Source of the DNA: a virus
Lineage: Duplodnaviria > Caudoviricetes
Virus record (IMG/VR): IMGVR_UViG_3300025030_000113
Location: 1-59,163 of that record
Reading direction: 5' to 3' (one strand)
Length of the DNA stretch: 59,163 nt
The position numbers and the translations under genes are program-made. Under the pieces are notes generated by a model that saw only the letters and a list, made by a program, of their open reading frames with translations, searched no databases and was not told the DNA's origin. Of the stretch, positions 42,501-48,864 are shown piece after piece. How positions within the stretch are numbered: the first letter of the stretch is position 1; every line of letters starts with the position of its first letter.

Positions 42501-44946
42501 CACCGATGCGGAAGCCGCGCAGGCGCTAGCCGACTACCAGGCCCGCCCGGACTTCACGGAGTTCAAAGCGCTGGCCGACCAGTTTCAGGCGTTCAGCGGG
42601 CAGACTGCGGATCTTCTGGAGGGCAACGGCGTAATCTCCTCCGAAATGCGAGCGGCATGGGACGGGGCTTACAAGAAGTACGTTCCGCTCCGGGGCGGTG
42701 AGGATGACACCAAGACAGGAACCGGCAAGGGCCTGCGCGTGAACGGGAAGCAGCAGCGCCGTAGCGGGCACGGCAGGCGCGACGAGCATGTGATCGAGAA
42801 CATCATCAAAGCGCGGGAACGGGCTATCAAGACGGTGGAGAAAAACAACGTCGCGCTCTCGATCGCGCAGCTGATCCACGAAGCGGCCGACGACCGGATC
42901 GGCACGATTGGAAAACCGGAGAAGCGCCGGGTGTTCAAGAGCGTGAAGCAGTACACTGTGCTGTTCCAGGGGGCGCCCGTCGCGGCCTTCACCAACGAGG
43001 CCGACGCTGATGCCTTCGTCGCTAAAGACCGCCTGGCAAACGGCAAGCCGCTCAGTGACTACATGCTGAACGTGTCGAGCGACCCCACCGTGAACTGGAT
43101 GACAAGCCCCATGCTGGGCGACAACGAGATCAACGCCTACATCAACGGTCACCAGGTCCGGATCCAGATCAACGACGAGGTGGCGGCCGGCGCCCTTACC
43201 AACCTGGGGGCCGAAGGACTCGGGACCATCCTCTCTATCGGCAAGCAGATCAACAACTATTTCAGCCGGGCCTACACCGGGTACGATCCGCGCTTCACGA
43301 TCCGCAACACGTTCAGGGACTTCACCGCAGGCATGGTGAACCTGACCGGCGACTACGGCGCGGCGACCGCGGCAAAGATCGCGGCGAACTACCCGAAGGC
43401 TATTCGGGAGTTCATCAAGGCCCGCAAGGACCCGGCCCTCTCGACATGGGTGGACCGGTACAGGAAGCAGGGCGGTTCCACCGGGGCCAGCTGGCTATCT
43501 TCCCTGGAGCGCCTGGGCGAAGACGTTGAAGCAATCTATCAGGAGCAGATCGGGAGCGTCGCCACGTACCGTAACGTGTTTGCGGCAGAGAAGGCAAAGG
43601 GCCGCTCCAACATGGCAGCAAGGGTCAAGGCGCTGGGCCGCTCGGGTGTGGCAGGGTTCCACAAGGTCCCGGTGATGGGCCACTTCCTGAAGCTGATCAA
43701 CGCCATGAACACCGTTTCCGAGAACGCTTTCCGCGTCTCCACCTTCATGACGCTGGTGCAGGAAGGCAAGAGCGAAGCGGAGGCAGGCGAGGCCGCCAAG
43801 AACAGCACCATCAACTTCGACAAGCGCGGCGAGCTCGGGGCACAGATGGGGGCGCTCTGGCTGTTCTTCAACCCAGCGATGCAGGGGGTACAACGCTCCT
43901 TCTTTGCGCTCACGCAGAGCGAGCACAAGCTGCAAGCGCAGGCGCTTGTCGGCTCCATGGCGCTGGCCGGGTTCATGGCGGCCGAGCTCGCCCGGGGCAT
44001 GGGCGGCGATGATGATGACGAGTGGGACAAGATCCCCCGCAGTGTGAAGAACAGGAACTTCGTGATCAGGACCGGGGAGAAAACGCAGATCACCATTCCG
44101 CTCCCTTACGAGTACGGGTCTTTCGTCGGCATCGGATACGCCATGAACGACGCGGTGCACGGCCGGTTCGACAAGCGGGCCGGCCTCAACCTGGCAAGCG
44201 CAATCATGGACGGCCTGGCGCCCCTTGGGAACCCCGTAAGCGACGAGGGGGATATCCAGCCCTTGGCAATGATGCCGACCGTTGCAAAGCTCGTCCTGGC
44301 GCCCAAGACGAACACCAACAGTTTTGGCAGCAGGATCGCCCCCGAGAAGTTCCAGGAATCGAAGCCCGACAGCCAGAACATGTGGCGCGGCACCAAGGGG
44401 AGCGTTTACGATAGGGTTGCCACCGGCATGAACGAGGCGACAGGCGGCAGCGAGTACAGCGCCGGGATGGTGGACGTCTCCCCGGAAATCCTGAAGTACT
44501 ATACCCGCACGCTGCTCGGGGGGGCGTTCACGTTCGTCGACCAGGTTGTAGGACTTGGTATCGTCGGCGCGAACGGAGCTCAACCTGACCTGGCAGAGAT
44601 CCCGATGGGAAGCGTGCTGGTCCGGGAGAACACGGTGCGCGATACTCGGCGCATGTTCTGGGATATCGCCAAGGATGCCAAGACGGCTATCGACGGATTC
44701 AACGCAGCAAAGAAGAACAGGGACGTCGAGGCCGCCAGGGATATCAGGCAGGACAAGGCGGATCTGCTGGCAGTCGCTGGCCTCGCCGCCCGCCAGGCAA
44801 AGCTTGCCAAGGCGAAGCGCGATGCTGTCGACGCTATCAGGCTCGATGACTCCCTGAGTTTCAGCGCGAAGCGGGCCATGACTAAAGAGCTTGAGGCGCA
44901 GGAGTCAAAGATTTACGACAGACTGATAGAGCGCTTCAATCAGTAA
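30505..44946 (+). CDS. giant polyvalent DarB-like virion protein (ParB/DdrB-like, zeta-toxin-like kinase, N6 methyltransferase, SNF2 helicase, ADP-ribosyltransferase-like, zincin-like, LPD38-like)
   Basis: QPRNR/VESGNGR (~32500-33300); GLAASGKS, D.D..K, VHEES (~34250-35070); NAHYT, LEPSMGTG, IGNPPF (~35440-36500); VGAGKT, DEAH, ATGTPISNS, QREGRIVRQGN (~37800-40100); KWFGDSKVV..YHGT..QIKSATGN.G.F (~40820-41520); HESVAHYG (~41770); INFDKRG..LWLFFN, IPLPYEYG (~43800-44600). Confidence 0.9.
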   Translation: MAEYTVFDNSTKREVTFEWNDPNPPTDADMEEVFAAASQQNPAAPSKKIFGEQGGSTMGIASEAGKKSAASGKRFLQDTAVDAVKGVVGLGESVVGGLDLVTGNLAGEGLAAVGYDPKKTDEILSSGYSAERQQANANVQGAKGFMETLGALVDNPSVAFGSIVESAPLSLGSAAAARTLAVRLLARAGIAPGTAAATEFFANPATQAKLLAAAAGTEGAMTAGSIQEGGRQGGRDYTDTVLPALAAGAVTGTISAVTSKIPGFKDAEVSAATAGMAGEAAGGILQAGKEIAKSMFKEGVLEELPQSAQEQVFTNLAMGKPWDEGVGEAAAQGMVAGMGQGGGMTAVSETMNRKDAIRSRLDKMRGKTSVVVPDTGVSDPTVSVDDAIAAAAAEVSGGWDRGNRDELLKSLGGEVDPVAEAISGARGSLDVADPARALADPMLREIEGAQLTADPFKDYPLTRPIIQPGAPTAAGGEIVGVEGYRQKDVIPNQPILNDEQQAVQDTFLKGGPALNRDAIDEVLANQNDPNLADEIAKGRQEAEALRQAGQLPVAEQTNPNGAGPSPVTKVDAPAQPLPAPGAFSPPAPKVETTPAAKIETPLSAVQQEFIRGKVKALGSIDAVQAKYGDQAAPVDRYARDFAAQHFAPAKKVAEQAPIAAPTTGPKMVRGRANKAFTAKGDKIYSSFAVVEADDLVASHSADGTPNPKYPQEIQPRNREKVSSQLQIQQMSQALRPAQLGESAKVSSGSPFIGPDGVVESGNGRTLAIRQAYDTDKAGEYRAWLESEAARLDVNPAEIKGMKKPVLVRVRETEVDRPAFAREANQAGMAAMSPAELAKSDAARITPDHIGSLNVGDDGNLLSSGNRPFVSAFLKGLGSSEAAGLTDAQGLPTRQLADRMQAAIFTKAYNDPKLVSMMAEESDVDIKNIITALNAAAPAFVRTEAKEIVGKLTDAIGMIREAKQRGLTLDDFLSQQDMFSGGRDADAETIARGIGGMMRSGKKMAEAFRSLADAAGRNNDYASQGNLLGDKAKTPSEIISDVFKQAGPQAQQQPLLNQEPEAKQPAPKPDNGKSRIENELDELSDDDVANMISSAMAAPTDRPAAKVEKVKRIKAAVVAGKKPRGAASLLADAAKEAGQGFADSLKALAASYGVDESKLSAFPAGFDADGYAKAKPHFLSAWEHYKAAGKGLVEFVQYLGDKLGRLIPGFESQLGYFFGEMRGKHSFEADLAEQSKPAGYQYPDQRPVLTEAGLKDIVPTDYMEKVDASLELPETYRIDTPEREQMREAAAEKLYGDGAKNKDYRVDIILGLAASGKSSVANPIAKEHGSLVLDCDDAKELLPEFDNGNGSNAVHEESSDIFGRAYQRALLAGDNLVLPLVGGSLPSLERRLKALANAGYDVHLHYVDLPMQKSVERLLSRYNETGRLMDPRLIVNNGLHPFKNYSIVKSQGGITNESDQGGQEKRPGVRVGGMAGVDSGQLDDQSGRGSRGGQGEADYRVESATFYNNDKPFGAPNIIVESQTNPTPKPAKGPRVSVQVSAAEGGKGVSAVSDKKLGAKEPDAAGRAEGQDSDEPGAGAPANVGSERPAQVSESAPSGSGDTAIGAADAAAGEGDRGAGGQPAPRPVRNAADVRGPSHVTGSARNFTITNELEFGGVGAKSKFKNNVEAIRTLQTLESEARPATPDEQATLARYVGWGGLPQAFDEKKKDWAKEYAELKALLTPEQYETAVSSTQNAHYTAAEVVKGIWAGVQRLGFDRGSVLEPSMGTGNFFGLMPRELRSMSKMTGVEFDHITGMIAKHLYPQARVHAPLGFQDLQIVPESFDLAIGNPPFGAKPVFDPNSKTLSKFKIHGYFFAKSVDSLRPGGVLAMVVSKGFLDANDATGKQQRDYVAARAKLLGAIRLPDTAFSVNAGTEVTTDIVFLQKLAPGEQGNSAEWSEMGAVQDPATGADIQINKYFVSNPDMMLGEMALRGGAWRAGGAILAARAGEDLGEKLQAAIEKLPKNVMASGKRTTQDLNNAAAASLKNVDSVRPFNFFMENGKLYQRMPDMNGDTQARQLDHIGTTADRIAGMVELRDAVRKQLALEANEKSSDMAIDHNRKVLNTLYDAYVKRYGNLNNDTNKRLFWDDADSPLVRSLEKSFDKGLSKDLAKKQGKEAREASAKKADIFTKRVLSPAMEVTKVESAPDALSASMNEKGRVDFPYMEAIYGKDAEQITKELGESVYEDPSAGWLPASEYLSGNVKAKLAEAINAAKSDPKYGRNVEALDAVQPEDVPAADIFVAPHAFWVPEEVYHQFAAEVLQGTMAGGYSRATHSWNVRFTSSDNTLNTAKLGTGRMSATTIMSTLMANKQIAVYDPNPQKDGARILNASETAAAQGKADELTELFQDWIWKDQARRQKVVRKYNDLMNTTVDARHDGSHMTFPGMSPTFQFRPHQKNAVYRSVQTGVALYDHVVGAGKTAVITATAMELRRLGLAKKPMVTVPNHLVEQWAAAFAKIYPQAKVLAATKKDFKKENRRQLFAKIATGDWDAVIIAHSSFKFIPVPPAIQMEILDEQKAEILQALREAKEDAGKKLSVKKLQEAKDRIEAKIQALADMPKDDLLNFEEMGIDALFTDEAHEFKNLFYTTTMQNVAGLGDPTGSGRAFDMFIKTQYLMRRNGGKGVYFATGTPISNSLAEVFHMQRFLQYGELKARGLANFDAWASAFGLATSDWEQDAGGRYKQKTRFRKLVNLPELKQLWRQVTDTITNPDLIRDAEQQGKTFPLPKIEGGKPQNVVVERSPQQAEYIGIPREKTDDDGNVIVNTENGMPVVEYDPGTIVYRMEHWLDEKKKGNTREMPLVITGDARKAGLDFRLIDENSPDFAGSKTNTAVNEIHEIWKENDHRKGTQLVFIDLSTPKAHKGQNLAKMAETVPTYFVKDRGTIQHVAGKPVKLDAIQAEWEFFSFKKGKSVRVYERMSGLEIGEGANVTEAKANATEKLARIPVHVMEQRFRDQAIPDEQIESYLIDWEEAQASKEDDGDDDGAEKGPEISFDDLLADSGKSDFSVYDDIKTKLIEKGVPADQIAYIHDANTDAQKHDLFAKVNSGVIRVLLGSTAKMGAGTNVQKKLVGLHHLDAPWKPSDLAQREGRIVRQGNEFYYEDPEGFRVKIRRYATKQTYDSRMWEIIETKAKSIELFKTGGKELREIEDVSSESANAAEIKASAAGNPLMLEDLQMKNEIRKYEGMEKSWKRSRYDLEDKVHSVEAKSAYPYKRLADLEKAQRGLQPKNADALGLKLGRVEYNEKEDYNPEEMFRVISRAFTTSMRDTRPVEVGTYRGTDIQVSSGLTQSVRVELMSNGVRIGLTEYTLEDKFSAPGFITRLDNVVDNVANDIRGAKSSIAQLEKDAAGAREELKQPFKHAEKLKELRDQHKRVVSALRQGRTSVEAAPVDAETRFSLNQTSTPAFKKWFGDSKVVDAEGKPLVVYHGTPTGGFTEFSKDYRGRTGGRSRGGFSFATNREAAEGYANAYNDETVILDDAIRKANSALRMLSDTQMEDMGLAPETEFYWGAVDDTDEFLSYLGELADSAKAFNPEAARILKDAAETSREGDPEVYEAYLKVPANAPEFYATPETLGKVVASLDVRNVPGGAAVVNMPNGEKVFYVSDPTQIKSATGNNGEFNPDNPDIRFNRDQTAQGADAAEVRNTLTYFTANMDNAPAWEVVQAESELPAAVQDEINSLDASGAVRGVFTAGKIYIVADNLNAADEAEAVFLHESVAHYGLRGLLGARFKPVLQQIAMVYGNKGLKDIAARYGLNLSKPEDRMTAAEEKLAEMAETADRVGIVKRAIAAVRDWLRQHGFKVEWSDSDIKALLARARGYVERSNSQATTLFDGDRFMIAGPDGRADLPTETKVQAGWRKFQDKYNRVDVLQRWLKEQGVRLSDLANASRGLYTMNGKIADQLSRFMDNDIQPLVQAAAKAKVSLDDISDYLLMQHAEEANEQMRKLHDDPAALAFGVTDAEAAQALADYQARPDFTEFKALADQFQAFSGQTADLLEGNGVISSEMRAAWDGAYKKYVPLRGGEDDTKTGTGKGLRVNGKQQRRSGHGRRDEHVIENIIKARERAIKTVEKNNVALSIAQLIHEAADDRIGTIGKPEKRRVFKSVKQYTVLFQGAPVAAFTNEADADAFVAKDRLANGKPLSDYMLNVSSDPTVNWMTSPMLGDNEINAYINGHQVRIQINDEVAAGALTNLGAEGLGTILSIGKQINNYFSRAYTGYDPRFTIRNTFRDFTAGMVNLTGDYGAATAAKIAANYPKAIREFIKARKDPALSTWVDRYRKQGGSTGASWLSSLERLGEDVEAIYQEQIGSVATYRNVFAAEKAKGRSNMAARVKALGRSGVAGFHKVPVMGHFLKLINAMNTVSENAFRVSTFMTLVQEGKSEAEAGEAAKNSTINFDKRGELGAQMGALWLFFNPAMQGVQRSFFALTQSEHKLQAQALVGSMALAGFMAAELARGMGGDDDDEWDKIPRSVKNRNFVIRTGEKTQITIPLPYEYGSFVGIGYAMNDAVHGRFDKRAGLNLASAIMDGLAPLGNPVSDEGDIQPLAMMPTVAKLVLAPKTNTNSFGSRIAPEKFQESKPDSQNMWRGTKGSVYDRVATGMNEATGGSEYSAGMVDVSPEILKYYTRTLLGGAFTFVDQVVGLGIVGANGAQPDLAEIPMGSVLVRENTVRDTRRMFWDIAKDAKTAIDGFNAAKKNRDVEAARDIRQDKADLLAVAGLAARQAKLAKAKRDAVDAIRLDDSLSFSAKRAMTKELEAQESKIYDRLIERFNQ
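34816..34844 (+). promoter_or_regulatory. internal sigma70-type promoter within giant gene
   Basis: TTGCAC-17 bp-TATCGT in an AT-rich patch of an otherwise GC-rich ORF. Confidence 0.55.
34868..35005 (+). CDS. nested out-of-frame gene 1 (45 aa), candidate antitoxin of the zeta-like domain
   Basis: AAGGAGG at 34853-34859 then ATG; MKATKVDKRNGLVYGSAEWQEWILDNSMTKAEEGAAAAKEKQTTA. Confidence 0.6.
   Translation: MKATKVDKRNGLVYGSAEWQEWILDNSMTKAEEGAAAAKEKQTTA
35144..35506 (+). CDS. nested out-of-frame gene 2 (120 aa), helical, loosely TnpV-like
   Basis: AAGGAGG at 35132-35138 then GTG; globular Leu/Glu-rich sequence while the giant frame is low complexity. Confidence 0.6.
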   Translation: MSQQSVIKNLGLKSRMQLDELKGKIPMNLGLELLQMWEASDPRRFQSLRLQDLVIPLLEQQTLLLEKAIEAQVDSPHLVLYETLQMCGVPLTLQEALGTSRSRMSLSSVESALSQSSRTT

Positions 44947-45019
44947 TCCTTGAATCTGTAACAGCGACGTGGTAGAAATAGCAAAAATTAAGCGTAGTCA
45001 CTGACTGCGCGACCCGCAT

Positions 45020-45086
45020 CTGAGCCGTGCCAATTACGCCCTGCTCGCCCTGGATTATCAGCGGCGGCAGGGCATTTTTATTATTT
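45020..45086 (+). terminator. terminator-like hairpin preceded by CTRAGCCGTGCC motif
   Basis: gccctgc...gcagggc then ATTTTT; related to 13763-13825. Confidence 0.6.
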
Positions 45087-45106
45087 GTAGCATAGGAGGC
45101 CACACC

Positions 45107-45421
45107 TTGCCATCAGCCATCGCAGTTCTTTGGGCATCTGCAATCGGGTTAATAGCGGCCATGGGCTGCATCATCGCGTGGCTGATAAATAAGGGATTCG
45201 ATACGGTCAAAGCAAGTATCGAACACCAGTTTCAGGTTTTATGGGGAAAGTTCGACGAGTTTCAGAAGTCCTACAATGCGACAGCTGCCAGTCTACAGGC
45301 CCACAAGGAAGCAGAAGAGGTCAGGGAACGTGCCTGCGCCGAGCGGCACCGAAAGATTGATGAAGAAATTGAGCATCTAAGAGAGCGACGGGGAGAAAGA
45401 CGCCATGAACAGGAACTATAA
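45107..45421 (+). CDS. membrane protein with coiled coil (possible holin)
   Basis: RBS AGGAGG, TTG start; one N-terminal hydrophobic helix, charged C-terminus. Confidence 0.55.
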   Translation: MPSAIAVLWASAIGLIAAMGCIIAWLINKGFDTVKASIEHQFQVLWGKFDEFQKSYNATAASLQAHKEAEEVRERACAERHRKIDEEIEHLRERRGERRHEQEL

Positions 45422-46034
45422 CGCAAGTGGTGCCCCAGGGTTCAGTGCTGTCGGCGCCTCGGTTCAAATCAGGCAGGAGTTTGAAGCGATAGCCGCGGGC
45501 ATTGGCGGGCTTGAGCAGGAGATTGATGCCAAGGTGTTCGCGGCATCGGCGCCTTCCGAGTGGGTCAACCCTGCCAGGGTAGAGTCCTACGTGAGCGCAA
45601 CCCAGTTCAAATGGGCCGGCGCAGACGCAACCGGCGTCATGGTGGAGCACCGGCGCGTGCGCTGCACCGTCAACGGCGTCTACGTCTACAGCGAGGTTAT
45701 GAGCTCGGCCTACGCGGGCGGCTTTACCACCGTGAACCTGCTCGATCCGATACTGACTGCCGACCTCACGCTGGTGGAGTACGCCACCACGTCGCCCTAC
45801 GACTCGGCGGCAGGGTCCATGTCGCTGTCCCACCTGCAGTCTATCATCGACGGGCGGGCCACCAGCCCAGCGGAGGTGTCGGCGCAGATTGCTGCGGAGG
45901 TCCCGGCTCTAGTTCTGGATCAGGAATACACCGACGTCGGTGGCTCGGGGGAGAAGTGCAAGCTCGGCGTTCAGTATCTTGGGCTCGACGACGCAGGCGG
46001 AAAGATGTTCGCCGTAGTACCAATACCGGTTTAA
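45405..46034 (+). CDS. tail-fibre proximal/anchor protein
   Basis: MN.NYN.SG.P......S..IR.EFEAI.AG N-terminus and YVSATQF...G...RRVR.T..G.YVY..V.SSAY....TTV domain; no receptor-binding domain. Confidence 0.65.
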   Translation: MNRNYNASGAPGFSAVGASVQIRQEFEAIAAGIGGLEQEIDAKVFAASAPSEWVNPARVESYVSATQFKWAGADATGVMVEHRRVRCTVNGVYVYSEVMSSAYAGGFTTVNLLDPILTADLTLVEYATTSPYDSAAGSMSLSHLQSIIDGRATSPAEVSAQIAAEVPALVLDQEYTDVGGSGEKCKLGVQYLGLDDAGGKMFAVVPIPV

Positions 46035-46047
46035 AGGGGAGGGGTTT

Positions 46048-48129
46048 ATGAGGATCTGGTTTAGCTTAATCGCAGTTCTTTGCATGTTCACGTCGGCGCA
46101 GGCCGCCGTCATCACGCCCGCGTTCGGCAAGTGGAGTTCAGCTGGGGGCTCGGTCGACGCCGGGAAGCAGAACGTCAACACCATGCAGGTGCTGGGGGCC
46201 ACCTTCAGTAAGCCTGGCGGGAAGCCGACGATGACAATCCCGACAGCGGCGACGGAACTCACTGCCGCTGCTGAAGCAACGCCTGCCGACAGCGCGACGT
46301 TTGGATTCCTGGACTCGGTATTTAAGAGGCTCACATGGGCTAATCTCAAGGCGATACTTCGGGGTGGGGTGGCCTACGATACGGATTACGCGAACCTTAA
46401 TGCGGCTGTGACCGCGATAGGCAGTACGCCGCGAACGCTGAAAATTACAACGGACCAGACGCTTACCGCCAACCTCACCATCCCCGCCAACATCGAACTG
46501 CTCCCCCTAAACGGCGCAGTAATCAATCACGGCGCCTACATCATCAGCGGTCCCGGCATGGCAAACACGGCGCGATGGCCGCTGGCACGGATAGTTAACG
46601 GGACCGGGTTGGTGTCAGGACTGAAGATGTCCCGGCCCGAGTGGTTTGGCGCTGCCAGGGACGGGGTAGCAGATGACTCCGCTGCCATAACCAAAGCCGC
46701 TGCATCTCTTGACTCGGGGGGGCTCTTTAGTTATTCCCCGGGGAGTTACGGTGTCGGCAGCACATGGGTAATAGATAAAATTATCACGGTGCGCGGAGCA
46801 GGTCAAAATTCCACCTTTTTAAACGTGTTGGCTTCTATGGATGCTGTTATTTCGGCGGGCACGGTGGGCGGTGCCACGTCGGTAAGGCTGAACATTGCCG
46901 GGATCAACATCACCGGAAACGGTCTGGCAGATTATGGCATTTACGGGTATACCGCGCTCAGTATAATCGAGCAGAATTATGTCAGCGGCACTATAGTTTC
47001 AGCGATGGCTTTAGAAGGATGGTCTAGCCGTATCACGAATAACACACTGACCGGGAATACAGGAGACGGGGTGCAAACCATTGGGAGGGCGGGTTACTGC
47101 CAAAACCTAGTGTTAAGCACTAACAAAATATACGCTAATGGCGGGTGGGGGTTTTTTGTAGGCAGTGGAAGTGGTAACACGGTTTTGCAGAACAATACCA
47201 TCGAAAATAATGACAAGGGAGCGGCCTATATATGGGGCAATGTCTACCTTTACAACATAGATAAAAACTACCTGGAAGTAAATGCTTCGGTCGGTCACAC
47301 ATTTACAACGCCTTCCTTTAACGTCAAGACCAATATTCTTGTTAACGGTTCGCCCGATCCTAGCGTTTTCGCACCTACGTACCCACCAAATGTAAACATG
47401 ACCAACAACCATGTGACAGGCGGGGATTCCCTTGCCTTTGTGACATCGACAAGCATGTTGAATGTGGAGGGTAACAACAATCAGGCAGGCACTCGCGTTC
47501 TTGTCGCCACGTATGGCAATCCAAGCGGCATTATCTCTTCCTACGGGTCACTGTCTAATGCCGCCATTGGTTTGAACCAGGGGTTTACATCCACCGTTTC
47601 ATATACATATGTCGGAGTTGACGGCGTGCTACGGTGTTTGGATAGCCTGACCATCAAGGGCGTATCCAAACGTAACATAGCTAAGACTGTATTAAGCGGT
47701 TGGACTAAAGTTATAGACAACGGCGCAGCTTCAACATTCGCGGTGTCCGCCATAGCTTTTTCGCAAGACCCCACCCGTGTTGTTTATGAGTTGATCGATG
47801 CCGATTCTGCCGCTTCTGATGTTTATGGATTCAGCATAGATGCCTCGAAATACCCGCAACTCCATGGCAAATACATGTCGTTTAGTGCATGGATTAAAGC
47901 TACGGGGTCCGGCAACGTTAACCTCTATGTTAAGGGCGTTGCTGGCAGCGCTGTTGCATACAGTGCGGGGTGGGTGAAGTCCACGAATTACATTTTCGTT
48001 ATGCCTACAACCGGAACGTTAGTTTTCGGTATTGCCAAGGATAGCGCGGGGAGCACCGCGCAGGTTACAGCGCCCGTACTCGCTGAATACGGAAATAGTG
48101 TGGATGATCTGATGGCGGTAATCCCATAA
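46048..48129 (+). CDS. tailspike/depolymerase-like beta-helix protein with signal peptide
   Basis: L.AAVTAIGST..TL.I, PEWFGA..DGVADDSAAI..A (pectate-lyase-3-like start), Asn-rich beta-helix; MRIWFSLIAVLCMFTSAQA leader. Confidence 0.85.
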   Translation: MRIWFSLIAVLCMFTSAQAAVITPAFGKWSSAGGSVDAGKQNVNTMQVLGATFSKPGGKPTMTIPTAATELTAAAEATPADSATFGFLDSVFKRLTWANLKAILRGGVAYDTDYANLNAAVTAIGSTPRTLKITTDQTLTANLTIPANIELLPLNGAVINHGAYIISGPGMANTARWPLARIVNGTGLVSGLKMSRPEWFGAARDGVADDSAAITKAAASLDSGGLFSYSPGSYGVGSTWVIDKIITVRGAGQNSTFLNVLASMDAVISAGTVGGATSVRLNIAGINITGNGLADYGIYGYTALSIIEQNYVSGTIVSAMALEGWSSRITNNTLTGNTGDGVQTIGRAGYCQNLVLSTNKIYANGGWGFFVGSGSGNTVLQNNTIENNDKGAAYIWGNVYLYNIDKNYLEVNASVGHTFTTPSFNVKTNILVNGSPDPSVFAPTYPPNVNMTNNHVTGGDSLAFVTSTSMLNVEGNNNQAGTRVLVATYGNPSGIISSYGSLSNAAIGLNQGFTSTVSYTYVGVDGVLRCLDSLTIKGVSKRNIAKTVLSGWTKVIDNGAASTFAVSAIAFSQDPTRVVYELIDADSAASDVYGFSIDASKYPQLHGKYMSFSAWIKATGSGNVNLYVKGVAGSAVAYSAGWVKSTNYIFVMPTTGTLVFGIAKDSAGSTAQVTAPVLAEYGNSVDDLMAVIP

Positions 48130-48207
48130 AGCCTAACCGAAAGAGGTAACCCCATGAGCAAGCTTACCGGCATATTTACCAACACTGACCAATAAAGGAG
48201 ATCTGAC

Positions 48208-48864
48208 ATGACCAGAGAAGAAGCCTGCAAGAAGCTGCAACAGTTCACATTGATGATCCTCCTGATGGTTGCGGTCCCAGCTCATGCTGCTGACGTTGAA
48301 ATTGCCCTGATCAACACCTTCGGACATGAGGGTGGATACCAGAACATGCGCGCCGATTCTGGTAACTGGACCGGCGGAAAGGTCGGCAAGGGGGAGCAGC
48401 GTGGGACAAAGTACGGCATCGCCGCTGCCAGCTACCCCCGCGAGGACATCAGGGCACTCACCATCCAGCGCGCCTCCATCATCTACCGCCGCGACTTCTG
48501 GGGGGCACTGCGTCTTGACGATGTGAAGAGCCAGATCATCGCCAACGAGATCTTTGACGCGGCAGTCAATATGGGGACCGGCTATCAGGCGAAAGCGCTT
48601 CAGCGCGCCATCAACCGGGCGGGCTGGCCTATGCCGCCCATCGCTGTTGATGGGGCGATAGGACCGGCGACCATTGCCCGCCTCAACTTCGTCGATCAGG
48701 TTGCCTTGTACTGTCACCTGGTCGGGTTGCGCTACGACCGTTACGCCCGGATCGTCGCTGGTGATCCGATAAAAGAGCAGTTTTTCCGCACATGGGTCTA
48801 TCGGATCAAGGACAACGTCCGGGCCGCAGTTCTCGCAATGGAGTCCAAAAGGAGGCGCACATGA
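48208..48864 (+). CDS. endolysin, glycoside hydrolase family 108 with peptidoglycan-binding domain and signal peptide
   Basis: HEGGY...D.G..TKYGI, FDAAVNMG, VDGAIGPAT; leader ...LMILLMVAVPAHA. Confidence 0.9.
   Translation: MTREEACKKLQQFTLMILLMVAVPAHAADVEIALINTFGHEGGYQNMRADSGNWTGGKVGKGEQRGTKYGIAAASYPREDIRALTIQRASIIYRRDFWGALRLDDVKSQIIANEIFDAAVNMGTGYQAKALQRAINRAGWPMPPIAVDGAIGPATIARLNFVDQVALYCHLVGLRYDRYARIVAGDPIKEQFFRTWVYRIKDNVRAAVLAMESKRRRT

Noticed and set aside
30501-44879. Many long antisense and other-frame ORFs over the giant gene and other genes
   Set aside because: Expected shadows of GC-rich codon usage with no obvious RBS or motifs; only the two ORFs with AAGGAGG and a linker-like main frame were kept
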